Assembly (NCBI RefSeq): GCF_004010195.1
Contig: NC_057718.1
Location: forward strand, 5,019,106 to 5,083,105
DNA from: Chiloscyllium plagiosum
Lineage: Eukaryota
Direction of reading: 5' to 3'
DNA: 64,000 bases
Below, one piece after another: positions 59,826 through 64,000 of this stretch (its first letter is position 1; each line of letters begins with the position of its first letter). The translations under genes were made by a program, and so were the position numbers. The notes under the pieces were generated by a model that saw only the letters and a list, made by a program, of their open reading frames with translations, was not told the DNA's origin and did not search any database.

Positions 59826-60167
59826 ATTTTTAAAAATAAATAAATAAGCCATGCTTAAGGTAATTCCAGAGTGTAATGAGAGTTTTGTTTCTTTTATAGG
59901 TTGATTGGCTTACGCAGAACCAACTTTACATAACAGGAAGATAGAGTTCACCATCCTGAGTTTGACTACCTTGATAGTCCGAGACTCCTTGACTGTCCTG
60001 AGTTTAACATTGGACAGTTACAAATGCCAGTGTCATATTCACAAATAAGATTGTAAGCTGTTGGAGCAGAAGTAGGCCATTCAGCCCATCGGGTCAGCTC
60101 CACCATTCAGTGAGGTCATAGCTAATCTGATAATCCTCAACTCCACTTTCCTGCCTTTTCCCCATAA

Positions 60168-60458
60168 CACGGTGGCAAAGTGGCTAGCACTACTGCCTCA
60201 CAGCACCAGAGACCCGGGTTCAATTCCTGCCTCAGGCGACTGACTGTGTGGAGTTTGCACATTCTCCCCGTGTCTGCGTGGGTTTCCTCCGGGTGCTCCG
60301 GTTTCCTCCCACAGTCAAAATATGTGCGGGTTAGGTGAGTTGGTGATGCTAAATTGCCCGTAGTGTTAGGTGAAGGGGTAAATGTAGGGGAATGAGTTTG
60401 AATTGGGTTGTGCTTCGTCTACTTCAACGCCTGTTTCCACACTGTAAGTAATCTAATC
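60168..60458 (+). mobile_element. HE1-type V-SINE inserted in a - strand CR1 3'UTR (60055-60505)
   Basis: Consensus head/core, taatctaatc tail; host continuity ttttcccataac...acccttgaatccc. Confidence 0.9.
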
Positions 60459-60742
60459 AAACCCTTGAATCCCTTCCTGATTAAAAATCTGTCTATCTCA
60501 GCCCGGAATCATTGAATCCCTCCAGTGTGGAACGAGGCCATTTGGCCCATCGAGTGTGTAACAACCCTCCAAAGAGCATCTGAGCCAGACCCACCCCTTG
60601 TCCCTGTGAGAAAGTCCTTCACTGGCCATAAAATGCTTTGGAAGGACTTCCCTGTATGATCTTCCATGACTCTAGTTGGGGTAAGGCAAAGATTGATGAA
60701 ATGATCCCATGTCCCAAACTGTTCTTTACCAGGAGCTCCCCC

Positions 60743-61242
60743 NNNNNNNNNNNNNNNNNNNNNNNNNNNNNNNNNNNNNNNNNNNNNNNNNNNNNNNNNN
60801 NNNNNNNNNNNNNNNNNNNNNNNNNNNNNNNNNNNNNNNNNNNNNNNNNNNNNNNNNNNNNNNNNNNNNNNNNNNNNNNNNNNNNNNNNNNNNNNNNNNN
60901 NNNNNNNNNNNNNNNNNNNNNNNNNNNNNNNNNNNNNNNNNNNNNNNNNNNNNNNNNNNNNNNNNNNNNNNNNNNNNNNNNNNNNNNNNNNNNNNNNNNN
61001 NNNNNNNNNNNNNNNNNNNNNNNNNNNNNNNNNNNNNNNNNNNNNNNNNNNNNNNNNNNNNNNNNNNNNNNNNNNNNNNNNNNNNNNNNNNNNNNNNNNN
61101 NNNNNNNNNNNNNNNNNNNNNNNNNNNNNNNNNNNNNNNNNNNNNNNNNNNNNNNNNNNNNNNNNNNNNNNNNNNNNNNNNNNNNNNNNNNNNNNNNNNN
61201 NNNNNNNNNNNNNNNNNNNNNNNNNNNNNNNNNNNNNNNNNN
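60743..61242. other. Assembly gap (500 N)
   Basis: Run of n. Confidence 1.
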
Positions 61243-61649
61243 TTGGCAACACCTTAAATTTTCTTGATTTTCATACAACCCACCTGCTCATCTGACGTGT
61301 CACTGTGAAAGTGACTCACAAAATGTCACGGTGTATTTCAAAGCATCTTGTGGCTGAAGTGCTTTGAGACATTCCTGAGCATTGTGAGAACTCAATGTAT
61401 TTTTCTTTAGTTTTTATTGTGTGTGTGTGTGCTGCAGAAAGATGGTGGGCGACTTTAAACTCCAAACTGTCTGTGTATCACATTAGTGAACAAAGCCCAT
61501 CAGGCAAACTGTAAGAGCCTGTCCTGTCCTGTGGGAAATGCATCTGTGTGTCTTACTATCACACTTCCTCATCGTCTCAACTCAACACACTCCCCTGCCC
61601 TGCCTCCTCTCTGTTGTTCACGTGCATCCTCAACATTGGCATTAGCCAG

Positions 61650-61870
61650 AAACTCACTGGACTCGCCACATAAACACTGTAGCTGCTAGAGCAGGTCAGA
61701 GGCTAGGAATACTGTGGGTGAGTAACTCACCTCCTGACACCCCAACGCCTGTCCACCATCTACAAGGCACAAGTTAGGAGTGTGATGGAATACTCCCCAT
61801 TTACCTGGATAGGTTCAGCTCCAGCAACACTCGAGAGACGTTTGACAGCATCCAGCACAAAGCAGCCGAC
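61650..61870 (+). mobile_element. CR1/L2-group LINE fragment
   Basis: accatctacaaggcacaagttaggagtgtgatggaatactccccatttacctgg = TIYKAQVRSVMEYSPFTW. Confidence 0.75.
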
Positions 61871-63077
61871 TTTTTTTTATCTCTTCCCTCCTCTCTATAT
61901 CTCTCTGTCTTCCTTTCTGTTCCTTAAACACTCTCTCTTTAACCAAACCTTTGGTGACCTGTGCTGATGTGACTCTGTGTTGAATTTTCTCAAGTGATGC
62001 TGTTCTGTAGCACTGAGGGATGTCTCTCTCAATGCAAGGCTTAGAAAATGTTGCAGATGTTCAAAGATCCTGCTCACCTTTAGCTCTGACAGAAAATAAA
62101 TCATCCAGGATCCAACTGAGCACCTTATGCAAAGGAGGTGATAGGCAATTTGAGTAGAGGTGCATAGGGACAAACTCTGTTGATTGGTGTCAGTAAGCAG
62201 TGGGTTAAAGTAAATGATCAAATCATTAAGAGATGGAAATAGTTTATTTTTGACGGTGAATTAGGTTCTGAAATAAGCTGCCTAAAAGCACATTGAAGTT
62301 TGAATTGGATGTGTTGTCCACTGTCAATGGGAAATAGAACCATAGAAACGATAGAGCACAGAAGGTGGCCATTTGGCCTATCTTGTCTATGCCAACCCAA
62401 AGACAGTCTGCCGGGCTAAAGACCAGGGCAGTAAGACTAATTTGAGACAGCACACACAGTCACAGTAGCAAGAGTTCCAATGATGTGACATTTGGTGATT
62501 TTCTTTCTATTCAGTGGTCACTGCATGTCGAGCTTCCATCCTCAATGATGGATCCAACATTGAAATGTTGCCCAACCCACACACACCCATGTTCCCTCTG
62601 ACCTGATCCCACAATCCTGGCTCTGATTATCAGCGGCTTTTGTTGATTGTCTCTCCAGATTTACGACTACTTTAAGTGTTCTCGTCCAGTTCTGTAAAGT
62701 TTCCACTCACAACAGCAAATGGCTGTCCTTCCACCCCTTTCTCCCAGCCCACTGTGCCCCCATCTGATTTCATGGGCATCCGGCGGCACAGGTCGATCTT
62801 ACTGTTTTGGGGGGGAATGTGCATTTGTTCACCATTGTCCCCACCCCAGCTTATGTTCCAGATGGGTCACCACTTTGTCCCGTTGTATATTTCAGTTGCA
62901 CTGAGGGTCTGCTGCTTTCAGTCTTGCTGCACTACATTGTACGCTAATCTATGAGATTCTTGACACATAGCATTGCTCACAGCTGTGTGTATAAGCATAG
63001 ACATATATTTATTCTTATATGAGCGGGGGTGGTTGACAAAGTTATTCAAATCTCTCACTAAATATAATTCCGATGAA

Positions 63078-63340
63078 GGTGGCACGGTGGCTCAGTGGTT
63101 AGCACTACTGCCTCACAGCGCCGGGGATCCCGGTTCAGTTCTACCCCTGGGTGACTGGGTGGACTTTGCACATTCACATGGGTGTATGGTTTCCCCTGGG
63201 TGCTCCAGTTTCTCCCACAGTCCGAAGATGTGTAGGTGGATTCGCCATAATAAATTGCCCATAGAGCCCAGAGTTGTGCCATGGGAAATGCAGGGTTACA
63301 GGGATAGGGTAGGGGGATGCTCTTTGAAGGGTTGGTCGGA
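63078..63340 (+). mobile_element. HE1-type V-SINE
   Basis: ggtggcacggtggctcagtggttagcactactgcctcacagcgcc. Confidence 0.8.
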
Positions 63341-63644
63341 TTAGATTAGATTTGATTCCTTACAGTGTGGAAACAGGCCCTTCGGCCCAACAAGTCCACA
63401 CTGACCCTCTGAAGAGCAACCCATCCGGACCTATTCCCCTACATTTACCCCTGACTAATCCACCTGACACTACGGGTAATTTAGCGTGGCCAATTCACCC
63501 TAACCTGCACATCTGTGGGAGGAAACCCACGCAGACACGGAGAATGTGCAAACTCCACACAGTCAGTTGCCCAAGGCGGGAATTGAACCCAGGTCCCTGG
63601 TGCTGAGAGGCGGCAGCGCTAACCACTGAGCCACCGTGTCGCCC
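63341..63644 (-). mobile_element. HE1-type V-SINE, tail-to-tail with the previous copy
   Basis: ttagattagatt tail at 63341; head at 63570-63644. Confidence 0.85.
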
Positions 63645-64000
63645 CTATGAAGTCGATGAGTCAGATGCTTCCACCCTGTAGGGATTCTGTGACTAATTCT
63701 GCCAAGTTTATATCGGTTCTGTTCGGCTGGAACAGAAAATCAACCTTGAGACAGCTCAACATGTTTTCAAACCAATGAAATAATTTTGTGTTGTAGTCAT
63801 TGGTGCAACACAGGAAAACCCTCTCCAATTCATCCCTCTCACCTGCAGCCTTACACTTTCCATTTTCCCCTCTTGAGGTATAATCCAATTGCATTTTGGA
63901 AGTGATTATAGAATCCTTATAGTGCACTTAGAGGCAGTTCAGCCCACCCAGTCTTCCCTGACCCACTGAAAAGCATCCCACCTTGTCATAACCCATATTA

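Larger units (their letters stand above)
11294..64000 (+). other. Probable large intron of the PHACTR gene (runs off the window)
   Basis: Donor at 11294; no exon encoding the conserved PHACTR motif GKIFKPWKWRKKK seen downstream by eye (N-gaps and short alternative first exons could hide one). Confidence 0.55.

Noticed and set aside
59900..59944. Strong-looking acceptor ttttgtttcttttatag|G as PHACTR exon 2
   Set aside because: All three frames stop within 15 codons and none resembles PHACTR.

Overview
Vertebrate, non-coding, repeat-dominated DNA, almost certainly from a shark (HE1-type V-SINEs with (TAATC)n tails, many CR1 LINE fragments); three N-gaps. The only host-gene signal I can support is a 43-nt coding exon at 11251-11293 (+), ATG-MGQTSVSTFPEAAS-G|GTGAGT. 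It matches from memory the alternative N-terminus of PHACTR2 (MGQTSVSTLSPQPGS|V), so the rest of the window is probably one very large intron. The ORF track misses this exon, and nearly all ORFs in the track are repeat-derived or artefactual. The most striking structure is about 30 short insertions belonging to three families (A, B, C) of Penelope-like-element (PLE) terminal repeats. Each family carries a minimal type-I hammerhead ribozyme motif (CUGANGA-stem II-GAAA-palindromic stem III; GUC, CUA or GUU triplet). Many copies are ~200-bp palindromes with 12-16 bp target-site duplications (TSDs) and a one-sided 34-39 nt tail. Two loci physically link these repeats to decayed Penelope RT/GIY-YIG ORF ends. 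Repeat family names come from motif recognition, not database searches, and repeat boundaries are approximate.
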